From contig CAVSVP010000023.1 in the NCBI GenBank assembly GCA_963731125.1, positions 199,550 through 231,549 of the forward strand: 32,000 nt of DNA, written 5' to 3'. The notes beneath the pieces were generated by a model, which was not told the origin of the DNA, did no database searches, and worked only from the letters and a program-made list of their open reading frames with translations. Made by a program: the position numbers and the translations under genes. Below, piece by piece: positions 1 through 7,907 of the stretch; positions within the stretch are counted from its first letter, which is position 1; every line of letters begins with the position of its first letter. This stretch comes from an uncultured Pseudomonadota bacterium. Its GTDB lineage: Bacteria > Pseudomonadota > Gammaproteobacteria > Competibacterales > Competibacteraceae.

Positions 1-693
1 GTCGCACACCACCACATCCAGGTTCTCGAGAAAAATTCCGTTACCTTCGACAAAGCCGACGTAATTGAGATTGCTGGCAGTCAGCAAGGCGGCGGCATTT
101 TTGACCTGCTCATTGCCTTTAATCTCCTCCTCGCCGATGTTCAGCAGTCCCACGCGAGGCATCTCAATATTATCGACCGCGGAGGCCAGTACCGAACCCA
201 TCACGGCAAATTGCAGGAGATGTTCGGCCTTGCTATCCACGTTAGCACCGAGATCCAGCACATGGGTATGGCCGTGTATGGAAGGAATCGTTGTACAAAT
301 GGCCGGTCGATCGATGCCCGGCAGCGTTTTGAGCACGAACCGCGCGGTGGCCATGAGCGCGCCGGTATTGCCGGCGCTTACGCAGGCATCCGCTTCCCCT
401 TGTTTAACCAGATTAATGGCGATCCGCATGGAGGAGTCTTTCTTCAGGCGTAACGCCTGGGAAGGATGGTCATTCATGCCGACCGTCTGGGAAGCGTGGC
501 GAATGGTCAGATGCGGGTGCTGGAGGGCGCCGTGGTCTGCCAGCTTGGCCGCCAAGCTGTCTTGTTGGCCTACCAGAATCAGTTCGACAGGCTCTTGCGC
601 TGATTTCAGAACAGTCAGGGCGGCGGGTACGACCACATCGGGGCCGATGTCTCCACCCATGCCATCGAGAGCGATGGTCAGCGGCCGCTTCAT
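1..693 (-). CDS. plsX: Phosphate acyltransferase PlsX, N-terminal 231 codons (3' end runs off the window start)
   Basis: Manual translation of the minus strand from ATG (693-691) gives [44 protein letters not shown]..., and later [10 protein letters not shown]. These are PlsX signatures. The frame stays open to position 1. It lies directly downstream of rpmF, as in the conserved yceD-rpmF-plsX cluster. It is absent from the ORF track because there is no stop in the window. The listed + strand ORF 65..922 is its antisense shadow. Confidence 0.85.
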   Translation of the reverse strand, partial: MKRPLTIALDGMGGDIGPDVVVPAALTVLKSAQEPVELILVGQQDSLAAKLADHGALQHPHLTIRHASQTVGMNDHPSQALRLKKDSSMRIAINLVKQGEADACVSAGNTGALMATARFVLKTLPGIDRPAICTTIPSIHGHTHVLDLGANVDSKAEHLLQFAVMGSVLASAVDNIEMPRVGLLNIGEEEIKGNEQVKNAAALLTASNLNYVGFVEGNGIFLENLDVVVCD

Positions 694-796
694 TGGGGTA
701 GCCAGAACATATAGGAATAATGGGATGAGCGAATACAGGCGAAAACGCGGGTGTAAAAGAATAGTCGCTACAGAGAGAGTGCGTAACGGTTCGCCA

Positions 797-985
797 CTAT
801 TCTGTCTCTTCTTCCTTGGCAGCGATTATCCTGCGTCCCCGATAATAACCGTCGGGCGAAATATGGTGACGGCGATGGGTTTCTCCAGACGTTGGGTCAA
901 TCGACAGAGCAGGGGCGTCTAGCACATCGTGGGCGCGCCGCTTACCCCGTTTGGCAGGCGTTTTGCGATTCTGTTGAACGGCCAT
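797..985 (-). CDS. rpmF: 50S ribosomal protein L32
   Basis: 62 aa, [20 protein letters not shown]... is the canonical L32 N-terminus. It sits between yceD and plsX. Confidence 0.95.
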   Translation of the reverse strand: MAVQQNRKTPAKRGKRRAHDVLDAPALSIDPTSGETHRRHHISPDGYYRGRRIIAAKEEETE

Positions 986-988
986 GGC

Positions 989-1516
989 TTATTGCTCCTT
1001 TTTTAAATCGTCTAATAATGATGCAAGGTTGGTAAGAGGATTCGTTTTCTCAGGCGGCTGCGGTTGACCCGGCCACACAAAGCCATTGGCCTCGCACTGG
1101 CGCAAATGTTGGTGTTTGGGTACCAGCGGCAGCGCTAAAATGAGTTCATCTTCCACCAGATCCGATATCCGCACTTCACCCTCCGGAACCAATAACGGCT
1201 CATAGTCCTCTGGCAGCTCGTCAAGCCGAGCTTCGCCGGGCAAGGCCCCCAGCCGTAAGTCTGCCACTATCGGGAGGTGCATAGGGGTCATACAGCGCTG
1301 GCAGATCATTGCAACCGTTACCTCAAGATGGCCGGCGATAAAACGAATATTCTGCTCATCAATGCCGGTTTCCAGTTCAACCGCTACGCTGCCCTGGGTT
1401 GCATGGAGCAGCGAAGTCAGACGCGGCATAAGGGCTAAGGGTAATGTCCCTTGCCATCGGCACCGGGTAGCGCCTAACTTCCAAACGTTGATTTTCTCTG
1501 GGAGCCGAGTCTGCAT
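989..1516 (-). CDS. yceD: YceD/DUF177 family protein (23S rRNA accumulation protein)
   Basis: The ORF track gives 989..1537. It carries the CQRC...(metal-binding) motif, an acidic DLVEDELILALPLVPKH motif and a C-terminal NPLTNLASLL, all typical of YceD, and lies immediately upstream of rpmF. I prefer the second Met (MQTRLPEKI, ATG at 1516) by analogy to the E. coli YceD N-terminus. The start is uncertain by 21 nt. Confidence 0.8.
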   Translation of the reverse strand: MQTRLPEKINVWKLGATRCRWQGTLPLALMPRLTSLLHATQGSVAVELETGIDEQNIRFIAGHLEVTVAMICQRCMTPMHLPIVADLRLGALPGEARLDELPEDYEPLLVPEGEVRISDLVEDELILALPLVPKHQHLRQCEANGFVWPGQPQPPEKTNPLTNLASLLDDLKKEQ

Positions 1517-1526
1517 AAGAGGCGAA

Positions 1527-1555
1527 ATGATATACATGCACCGAACTTATGTCAA
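1527..1555 (-). promoter_or_regulatory. Candidate sigma70 promoter for yceD-rpmF-plsX (TTGACA-17 nt-TATCAT)
   Basis: The minus strand reads TTGACA (1555-1550), a 17-nt spacer, then TATCAT (1532-1527). If used, the transcript would start a few nt before the ATG at 1516 and exclude the ATG at 1537. This is a sequence match only. Confidence 0.3.
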
Positions 1556-1670
1556 AATTTTGACAAGAATCCGGTATTATGCCAAATAATTACCGGTTTT
1601 TTTAGTAGCGCCGTCACGGCAAACTCTCTACACCGTTACCTAAGCTAACCCAACTCGGAAAGAGCGTACC

Positions 1671-2270
1671 ATGAACCAGCGTCTGCCGGACGGACGCCGT
1701 CTGCTGCTTGCTTCCACCTCTTTATTTCGCCGCGAGCTGTTGGCGCGCTTGGCACTGCCTTTTGCAGCCATCGCTCCCGACATTGACGAAACGCCGATGC
1801 CGGGCGAGGAGGCGAGCGTCCTGGTGGCGCGCCTTGCGCATGAGAAAGCCCAGGCGGTTGCACGGCAGGAACCCGAGGCGTTGGTGATTGGTGCGGATCA
1901 GGTGGCGGTATTGGATCAGCTTATATTGGGCAAGCCGGGTACGCACGAACGAGCGGTACAGCAGCTGGCGCGGGCATCGGGTAAGACCGTCGGTTTCTTA
2001 ACCGGCCTGTGCCTGCTCGATAGTGCAAGCGGCCGTCGTCAAGCGGCCGTGGTGCCGTTTCAGGTGAGATTTCGGAAATTGCGTTCCCGGCAAATTGAAA
2101 ACTACCTGCGCCGTGAGCAACCGTACCAATGTGCGGGCAGTTTTAAATCAGAAGGCTTGGGAATTGCCCTGTTTGAACGGCTGGAAGGCGAAGACCCTAC
2201 CAGCTTAGTGGGTTTGCCGCTCATTCGGCTTATCCGGATGCTCGAGGCGGAGGGCGTTGCGGTGCTGTAG
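1671..2270 (+). CDS. yceF: Maf-family nucleoside triphosphate pyrophosphatase, YceF subtype
   Basis: 199 aa with LLLASTSLFRRELL...DETP...AGSFKSEGLGIALFERLEGEDPTSLVGLPLI, which aligns closely with my recollection of E. coli YceF. It is divergent from yceD, as in E. coli. Confidence 0.88.
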   Translation: MNQRLPDGRRLLLASTSLFRRELLARLALPFAAIAPDIDETPMPGEEASVLVARLAHEKAQAVARQEPEALVIGADQVAVLDQLILGKPGTHERAVQQLARASGKTVGFLTGLCLLDSASGRRQAAVVPFQVRFRKLRSRQIENYLRREQPYQCAGSFKSEGLGIALFERLEGEDPTSLVGLPLIRLIRMLEAEGVAVL

Positions 2271-2351
2271 CGTCATGCATAGTTTCTGAATAACGTTAAC
2301 AATCGGGGCGCCGGCCGTAGACGTTGGCGCATGTAAAGGAGAAAGTGCTTT

Positions 2352-3884
2352 ATGTATGAAATTCTTAAGCAACTAGAAGAAAAACGCGCCGCGGCACGGC
2401 TGGGCGGCGGCCAAAAACGAATTGACGCGCAGCATGCCAAAGGCAAGCTTGCGGCTCGCGAGCGCATCGAGTTGCTACTGGATCCGGGCAGCTTCGAGGA
2501 ATGGGATTTGTTTGTCGAGCATCGCTGTACCGAGTTCGGCATGGCGAATCAGACCATTCCCGGCGACGGCGTAGTGACCGGCTACGGCACCATCAACGGC
2601 CGCGTCGTCTTTGTATTTAGCCAGGATTTTACGGTGTTCGGCGGTTCTCTCTCGGAGGCCCACGCCGAAAAAATCTGCAAGATCATGGATCATGCCATGC
2701 GCGTGGGGGCGCCGGTGATTGGCCTGAACGATTCCGGGGGGGCGCGCATTCAGGAAGGCGTTGCTTCGCTGGCCGGCTACGCCGATGTCTTTCAGCGCAA
2801 TGTCATGGCCTCGGGCGTCATCCCCCAGATCTCCGTGATTATGGGAGCCTGCGCCGGCGGCGCCGTTTATTCCCCGGCCATGACCGATTTTATCTTTATG
2901 GTCAAAGACACCTCGTATATGTTTGTCACCGGTCCCGAGGTGGTCAAGACGGTAACCAATGAGGAAGTCACCCATGAGGAGCTGGGTGGTGCCGTGACTC
3001 ATTCCACCAAATCGGGCGTGGCCGATTGGGCTTTTGATAACGACGTGCAGGCGTTACTGGCGGTGCGCCGGTTTCTCAATTACCTGCCCGCCAATAATCG
3101 GGAGAAACCGCCCGTCCGGCCGACCCCCGATCCCGCCGAGCGCCTGGACCCTTCCCTGGATACTCTGGTGCCGCCTAACCCCAACAAGCCCTATGATATG
3201 AAGGAGCTGATTTTCAAGATCGTGGATGATCACGATTTCACGGAACTGCAGCCGGCCTATGCCAAAAACATTATCATCGGGTTTGGGCGTATGGAAGGTT
3301 CGACGGTAGGCATCGTGGCCAACCAGCCGCTGGTGCTGGCCGGTTGCCTGGATATCGACTCTGCCATCAAGGCGGCGCGTTTCGTGCGCTTTTGTGACTG
3401 CTTTAATATTCCTATTCTCACCTTTGTGGACGTGCCCGGCTTTATGCCCGGTACCGATCAGGAATACGGCGGCATTATCAGACACGGCGCCAAGCTGCTC
3501 TACGCCTATGCCGAGGCGACGGTGCCTAAGATCACGGTGATTACCCGCAAGGCCTATGGCGGCGCCTATGATGTGATGAGTTCCAAACATCTGCGCGGCG
3601 ATGTCAATTTCGCCTGGCCCACCGCAGAGATTGCCGTGATGGGGTCCAAGGGGGCGGTGGAAATTATCTTTCGCCAGGAAATCCGCGATACCGAACTGAT
3701 CGCCGAACGCACCCGGGTGTACCGCACCCGGTTCGCCAACCCGTTCATTGCCGGCAGCCGCGGGTTTATCGATGATGTCATCATGCCCCGCACCACCCGC
3801 AAGCGCATCTGCCGCTCGCTGTCCATGCTCAAGGACAAAAAGCTGGAGAATCCCTGGCGCAAACACGGCAATATTCCCCTGTAA
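2352..3884 (+). CDS. pccB: Propionyl-CoA carboxylase beta subunit (carboxyltransferase, 12S family)
   Basis: 510 aa, acyl-CoA carboxyltransferase family ([22 protein letters not shown]..., GGAYDVM, final GNIPL). AAGGAG Shine-Dalgarno (SD) 7 nt upstream. Followed 12 nt later by the biotin carboxylase/BCCP subunit. Confidence 0.9.
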   Translation: MYEILKQLEEKRAAARLGGGQKRIDAQHAKGKLAARERIELLLDPGSFEEWDLFVEHRCTEFGMANQTIPGDGVVTGYGTINGRVVFVFSQDFTVFGGSLSEAHAEKICKIMDHAMRVGAPVIGLNDSGGARIQEGVASLAGYADVFQRNVMASGVIPQISVIMGACAGGAVYSPAMTDFIFMVKDTSYMFVTGPEVVKTVTNEEVTHEELGGAVTHSTKSGVADWAFDNDVQALLAVRRFLNYLPANNREKPPVRPTPDPAERLDPSLDTLVPPNPNKPYDMKELIFKIVDDHDFTELQPAYAKNIIIGFGRMEGSTVGIVANQPLVLAGCLDIDSAIKAARFVRFCDCFNIPILTFVDVPGFMPGTDQEYGGIIRHGAKLLYAYAEATVPKITVITRKAYGGAYDVMSSKHLRGDVNFAWPTAEIAVMGSKGAVEIIFRQEIRDTELIAERTRVYRTRFANPFIAGSRGFIDDVIMPRTTRKRICRSLSMLKDKKLENPWRKHGNIPL

Positions 3885-3896
3885 GGAGCGCTTGTT

Positions 3897-5882
3897 ATGT
3901 TTAGCAAAATCTTGGTCGCCAACCGGGGCGAGATCGCCTGCCGTATCATTAAATCCGCCCGTAAGATGGGCATTCAAACCGTTGCCGTGTACTCCGAGGC
4001 GGACCAGACCGCGCTACACACGGAGCTGGCCGACGCGGCCGTGCTGATCGGCCCGCCCCCTTCGGGGCAGAGCTATCTGCGCATGGAGCGCATTGTCCAG
4101 GCCTGTCAGGACACCGGCGCCGAGGCGGTGCATCCCGGCTATGGTTTCCTCTCCGAAAACCCCGCGTTTGTCGAGGCCCTGGCCGCAGCGGGCATTACCT
4201 TTATCGGACCCAAGGCGCATGCCCTGACCAGCATGGGGGATAAGATTACCTCCAAACGCATCGCCCAGGAGGCCGGTGTCAACACCATTCCCGGGTTCGC
4301 GGGCGTCATCAAGGATGCCGGTCATGCCGTGGAGATCGCCCGGGATATCGGCTATCCGGTAATGCTCAAGGCCAGCGCCGGCGGCGGTGGCAAGGGCATG
4401 CGGGTCGCCTGGAACGATAGCGAGTGCCGGGACGGCTTCGAGCGGGCCAGCAACGAAGCCCGCTCCAGCTTCGGTGATGACCGGATACTCGTGGAGAAGT
4501 TTATCGAAGAGCCGCGTCATATCGAGATCCAGGTGCTGGCGGACAGTTACGGCAATGTGGTTTATCTGGGCGAGCGCGAATGCTCTATCCAGCGCCGTCA
4601 CCAGAAGGTGATCGAAGAGGCCCCTTCGCCGTTTCTGGACGAGATGACCCGCCAGGCCATGGGGGAGCAGGCGGTGGCGTTGGCCCGGACCGTGGATTAC
4701 CAGTCCGCCGGCACCGTGGAATTTATCGTCGATGCCCAGCGCAACTTTTATTTTCTGGAAATGAATACCCGGCTGCAGGTGGAGCATCCGGTTACCGAGT
4801 TTGTCACCGGCATCGATCTGGTGGAGCTGATGATCCGGATTGCCGACGGCGAAAGGTTGCCCTTTACCCAGGCCGATGTCAAGCTTAAGGGCTGGGCCCT
4901 CGAGGCGCGCATCTATGCCGAGGACCCGTTTCGCAATTTCCTGCCTTCCATCGGCCGGCTGGTGCGCTATATTCCGCCGGCGGAAAGTGCGGTGGTAAGG
5001 GTGGATGCCGGAGTGCAAGAGGGCGGCGAAGTCTCCATGTACTACGACCCGATGATTGCCAAACTGATTACCTATGGTCCTAACCGCGAGCAGGCCATCG
5101 CCCAGATGCGCACCGCGCTGGATGCGTTTTATATCCGCGGCGTTTCCCATAACATGGGCTTTTTGGCCGCCCTGATGGCGCATCCCCGCTTTGTGGAAGG
5201 ACGCTTGACCACCAGTTTTATCGCCGAGGAGTACCCCGACGGTTTTCATGCCGCCGATGTGCCCCACGACGAACCGGCCCTATTAATTACGGTGGCGGCC
5301 GCGATTCACCGCCGCTATATGGACCGGGCCGCCCTGATCAGCGGTCAGATGCGCGGCCTGGAACGCCAGGTGGAGGACGATTGGGTGGTGTTTATGGGCG
5401 GCAAGTACTATCCGGTGCTCGTAAAGCCCGTCCCCGGCGGTCATGATGTGGTTTACAACGATAAACTCTATGCGGTGCGCAGCGACTGGCAGTTCGGTAA
5501 CCCGATGTTTCGCGGCACGCTGAACGGCACCGACATCTGTGTCCAGGTAGAGCGGCGTTATCTGGAATACCGCCTGTTTCACAGCGGTTCCCAGGTGGAT
5601 GTGCTGATCATGCGGCCGCGGACGGCGGAATTACATGCCTTGATGCCGGTAAAGGCGCCGCCGGATTTATCCAAGTTCCTGATTTCCCCCATGCCGGGAC
5701 TGCTCACCCAGGTGTCCGTCGAGGCGGGCCAGGAAGTCAGGAGCGGAGAGACGCTGGTGGTGATCGAGGCCATGAAAATGGAGAATGTGCTCTATGCCGA
5801 GCAGGATGGCGTAGTGGCGAAGGTGATGGCCAAGCCGGGGGACAGCCTGGCGGTGGATCAGCCGATTATTGAGTTTGAATAG
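3897..5882 (+). CDS. pccA: Propionyl-CoA carboxylase alpha subunit (biotin carboxylase + C-terminal biotinyl domain)
   Basis: 661 aa. MFSKILVANRGEIACRIIK and the ATP-grasp GGGGKGMR motif, with a C-terminal EAMKMEN biotinylation motif. AAGGAG SD upstream. Confidence 0.9.
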   Translation: MFSKILVANRGEIACRIIKSARKMGIQTVAVYSEADQTALHTELADAAVLIGPPPSGQSYLRMERIVQACQDTGAEAVHPGYGFLSENPAFVEALAAAGITFIGPKAHALTSMGDKITSKRIAQEAGVNTIPGFAGVIKDAGHAVEIARDIGYPVMLKASAGGGGKGMRVAWNDSECRDGFERASNEARSSFGDDRILVEKFIEEPRHIEIQVLADSYGNVVYLGERECSIQRRHQKVIEEAPSPFLDEMTRQAMGEQAVALARTVDYQSAGTVEFIVDAQRNFYFLEMNTRLQVEHPVTEFVTGIDLVELMIRIADGERLPFTQADVKLKGWALEARIYAEDPFRNFLPSIGRLVRYIPPAESAVVRVDAGVQEGGEVSMYYDPMIAKLITYGPNREQAIAQMRTALDAFYIRGVSHNMGFLAALMAHPRFVEGRLTTSFIAEEYPDGFHAADVPHDEPALLITVAAAIHRRYMDRAALISGQMRGLERQVEDDWVVFMGGKYYPVLVKPVPGGHDVVYNDKLYAVRSDWQFGNPMFRGTLNGTDICVQVERRYLEYRLFHSGSQVDVLIMRPRTAELHALMPVKAPPDLSKFLISPMPGLLTQVSVEAGQEVRSGETLVVIEAMKMENVLYAEQDGVVAKVMAKPGDSLAVDQPIIEFE

Positions 5883-5923
5883 GGGAGAGGACCCCCAAAC
5901 CGAACTCAGGAAGGATGGAAAAC

Positions 5924-6787
5924 ATGACAAAACGGCCAGCCAAACCGGCGCCGCTGCGTGCCACCGTGCTGCTTCCCGCCCGCGAGATTCAGGCACTGGG
6001 AGCGGCGCTGTTGGTGGTGGGGTTGGCACTACCCTTCTGGGTGATTAAGGAACGCACCCGGCAGGCCGCGGCGGAGCTCGACGCTGCCACCGCTCCCGCG
6101 GCCGGGCCGCTGCGCCCGGAGCTGGTGCGCCTGCCGAATGGTTCTCCGGAGCACGAAATTAAGGTGCCCTTTGCCCTGGCCGTGACGGAAGTGACCCAGG
6201 GCCAGTACCGCCGGGTCATGGGCAACCTTCCCCAGGATGCCTCGTGTTCCCAGCCCGGGGATGATCCCGAACTGCCGGTGGTCTGCGTCACCTGGTTTGA
6301 AGCCATTGACTACGGCAATCGCTTGTCGGCATTGGAAAAACTAGAGCCTTGTTACCGTTACAACCGAGGGAGCGAGCCCATCTGGGACGGGCCTGAGTGC
6401 CCGGGCTACCGTTTGCCTACGGGGGCGGAGTGGGAGCACGCGGCACAGGCGGCAACCCATAATCGCTACGCCGGCACGGACGCAGACGGTGAGCTTTGCC
6501 GTTATGCCAATGTGGCGGAGCGGCGGTTTGCCTGCGCCGATGGCTTTACAACGGCGGCCCCGGTGGGGCATTTTCAACCCAATGCCTGGTTTTTGTACGA
6601 TATGACGGGTAATGTGGCGGAGTGGGTCTGGGATCGAAATGCCGCCGGCCAGGTGCTGGTAAAAGGCGGCGCCTGGACCGCAGGCCCGGATGCGGCAGGA
6701 TTGGCGCGGCAGGATTGGCGGGAACCGGCAGTTCGCCGGCCTGAGGTGGGATTTCGGATCGCCCGCTCGTTTCGGCAAGATGGTTGA
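5924..6787 (+). CDS. Membrane-anchored FGE-sulfatase-fold (SUMF1/FGS-like) domain protein, probably non-catalytic
   Basis: ORF 5915..6787. I prefer the ATG at 5924 because AGGAAGG lies 9 nt upstream. A basic N-terminus is followed by one hydrophobic helix (ALGAALLVVGLALPFWVI), then FGE-family motifs (VTWFEAIDY, YRLPTGAEWEHAA, NVAEWVWD, GGAW...GFRIARS). The region equivalent to the FGE catalytic Cys pair (GGSxxCHxSYC) contains no Cys. Confidence 0.8.
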   Translation: MTKRPAKPAPLRATVLLPAREIQALGAALLVVGLALPFWVIKERTRQAAAELDAATAPAAGPLRPELVRLPNGSPEHEIKVPFALAVTEVTQGQYRRVMGNLPQDASCSQPGDDPELPVVCVTWFEAIDYGNRLSALEKLEPCYRYNRGSEPIWDGPECPGYRLPTGAEWEHAAQAATHNRYAGTDADGELCRYANVAERRFACADGFTTAAPVGHFQPNAWFLYDMTGNVAEWVWDRNAAGQVLVKGGAWTAGPDAAGLARQDWREPAVRRPEVGFRIARSFRQDG

Positions 6788-6886
6788 TATATCTGGGGAT
6801 TTGAGGTCCGCTCATTTTTCCACGAATGTAAGATAAATCAACCTGGTAGGGCTGGTTAACCTACCCACCGCGCCAAATGATGATGA

Positions 6887-7132
6887 TCAGGCCGGAACGT
6901 ATTCGGGTACATCCCGTAACCGCATCAACCGATCCGCCTGGATAGGGAGCAGGGCATAAGTACGTCCATCTGGATCGGCGAACTCGACTTCAAAGGTGCT
7001 ACCGTCATAGGTCATCACGATCGTGCCGATCTGGCCACGGCGGAGCAGTAACGGCTGATCCGTTTCAAAGTGCTTTGCCGGTAGATCCTCAAGCAACGCG
7101 ACGACATCGTGCAGATGAAATGGAGTATTCAT
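6887..7132 (-). CDS. DUF4926 domain protein (putative antitoxin/immunity partner)
   Basis: 81 aa. MNTPFHLHDVVALLEDLP...GTIVMTYDGSTFEVEFADPDGRTYALLPI matches my recollection of DUF4926. The start lies 3 nt after the stop of the upstream DUF6883 gene. Confidence 0.7.
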   Translation of the reverse strand: MNTPFHLHDVVALLEDLPAKHFETDQPLLLRRGQIGTIVMTYDGSTFEVEFADPDGRTYALLPIQADRLMRLRDVPEYVPA

Positions 7133-7135
7133 AAA

Positions 7136-7468
7136 TTAAACGATATAACAAGTTGTCAGCCTGGGAAAGTCTTCACCATGGCGGATGATCCACACGGACA
7201 GCACGATAGCCGTGCCTTTCGCCGTATCGAGCGGGAAGCGAAGAATATAGACCGCCCCGAAACCATTGTCACCTCTTGGCTCTACCTGGTCGGAAGATGC
7301 CGCGGCATTGAGCAGGGCATTACGAAGTACTTGTGCGTTAGCAAGGGTAATGTCAAGGACTGAAGCAAACATATGCGCTTTATGCTTGCCTTCGCGATGC
7401 AAGGGGTTAAGAACGTAGTCCTCGAGTTTAACACCAAGATCTGCTCGTTCACCGTTAGGAAGTTTCAT
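7136..7468 (-). CDS. DUF6883 domain protein (putative toxin-like partner of DUF4926)
   Basis: The ORF track gives 7136..7606. The conserved family sequence starts at the internal Met: MKLPNGERADLGVKLEDYVLNPLHREGKHKAHMFASVL...WIIRHGEDFPRLTTCYIV, about 110 aa, which is the typical family length. I therefore place the start at 7468. Confidence 0.7.
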   Translation of the reverse strand: MKLPNGERADLGVKLEDYVLNPLHREGKHKAHMFASVLDITLANAQVLRNALLNAAASSDQVEPRGDNGFGAVYILRFPLDTAKGTAIVLSVWIIRHGEDFPRLTTCYIV

Positions 7469-7762
7469 GCCAGCAATTTTACTGCCTTCATCGTTTGCTC
7501 GGAAGACAACCCGTACCACCTTCCCAAGGACGAGATCATTATTACCACATCTCCTGATCGACTTAACGGAACGCCTGTCTTTGCCGGAACGAGAGTGCCT
7601 GTACAAACGCTTATTGACTACCTCGAAGCGGGAGATTCTCTGGATGATTTTTTAGTAGATTTTCCGAGTGTATCACGCGAGCTTGCTATTGCCGTATGGA
7701 ACTTGCGAATGAATAAAAAAAATTGGTCTGGTTCAAATCAAGGTAACACTCAGAGGGTCTAA
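7373..7762 (+). pseudogene. DUF433 (antitoxin-like) domain ORF with no usable start, probably a 5'-truncated remnant
   Basis: The DUF433 core (IITTSPDRLNGTPVFAGTRVPVQTLIDYLEAGDSLDDFLVDFPSVSRELAIAVW) begins near 7529. No ATG, GTG or TTG lies in frame between 7398 and the domain. The only canonical starts (7373-7397) force a 50-aa non-homologous leader that overlaps the DUF6883 gene antisense. There is no PIN/DUF5615-type partner downstream. Confidence 0.45.
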
Positions 7763-7829
7763 GTAAATGAAAAGACGATGTATTCCACAAAAAAGTGTTA
7801 CCTTGCTCAGGGATCCATTTGAACCATGC

Positions 7830-7869
7830 CAAAAATTTAAAAAAAATCAGGGGGGCTCCGCCCCCCTGA
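7830..7869 (-). terminator. Intrinsic terminator of the TIR/AAA+/vWA-FGE operon
   Basis: Perfect 9-bp GC stem, TCAGGGGGG-ctccg-CCCCCCTGA (7847-7869). On the minus strand it is followed by TTTTTTTTAAATTTTT, 38 nt after the stop at 7908. Confidence 0.75.
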
Positions 7870-7907
7870 ACCCCCAAATAAAGGGTAAAAGTATAAAGAA
7901 CAAAGGC

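Noticed and set aside
65-922. Long ORFs antisense to or overlapping well-supported genes. Examples: 65..922 (+), 2475..3002 (-), 3054..3977 (-), 4014..5267 (-), 8587..10659 (+, several), 12563..13144 (+, the 5' part of the 400-aa ORF), 17576..18145 (+), 20010..20699 (+), 23717..24133 (-), 26422..27150 (-), 29373..29888 (-).
   Set aside because: Each lies opposite a gene with clear family signatures. Their translations are Arg/Ala/Gly/Pro-rich and low-complexity, as expected for stop-poor antisense frames in GC-rich DNA. None has a recognisable motif or SD.
5924-6787. Annotating the two FGE-family proteins as genuine formylglycine-generating (sulfatase-maturing) enzymes.
   Set aside because: - Both lack the catalytic Cys pair of the GGSxxCHxSYC motif.
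- Both are predicted to be outside the cytoplasmic membrane.
- No sulfatase gene is nearby.
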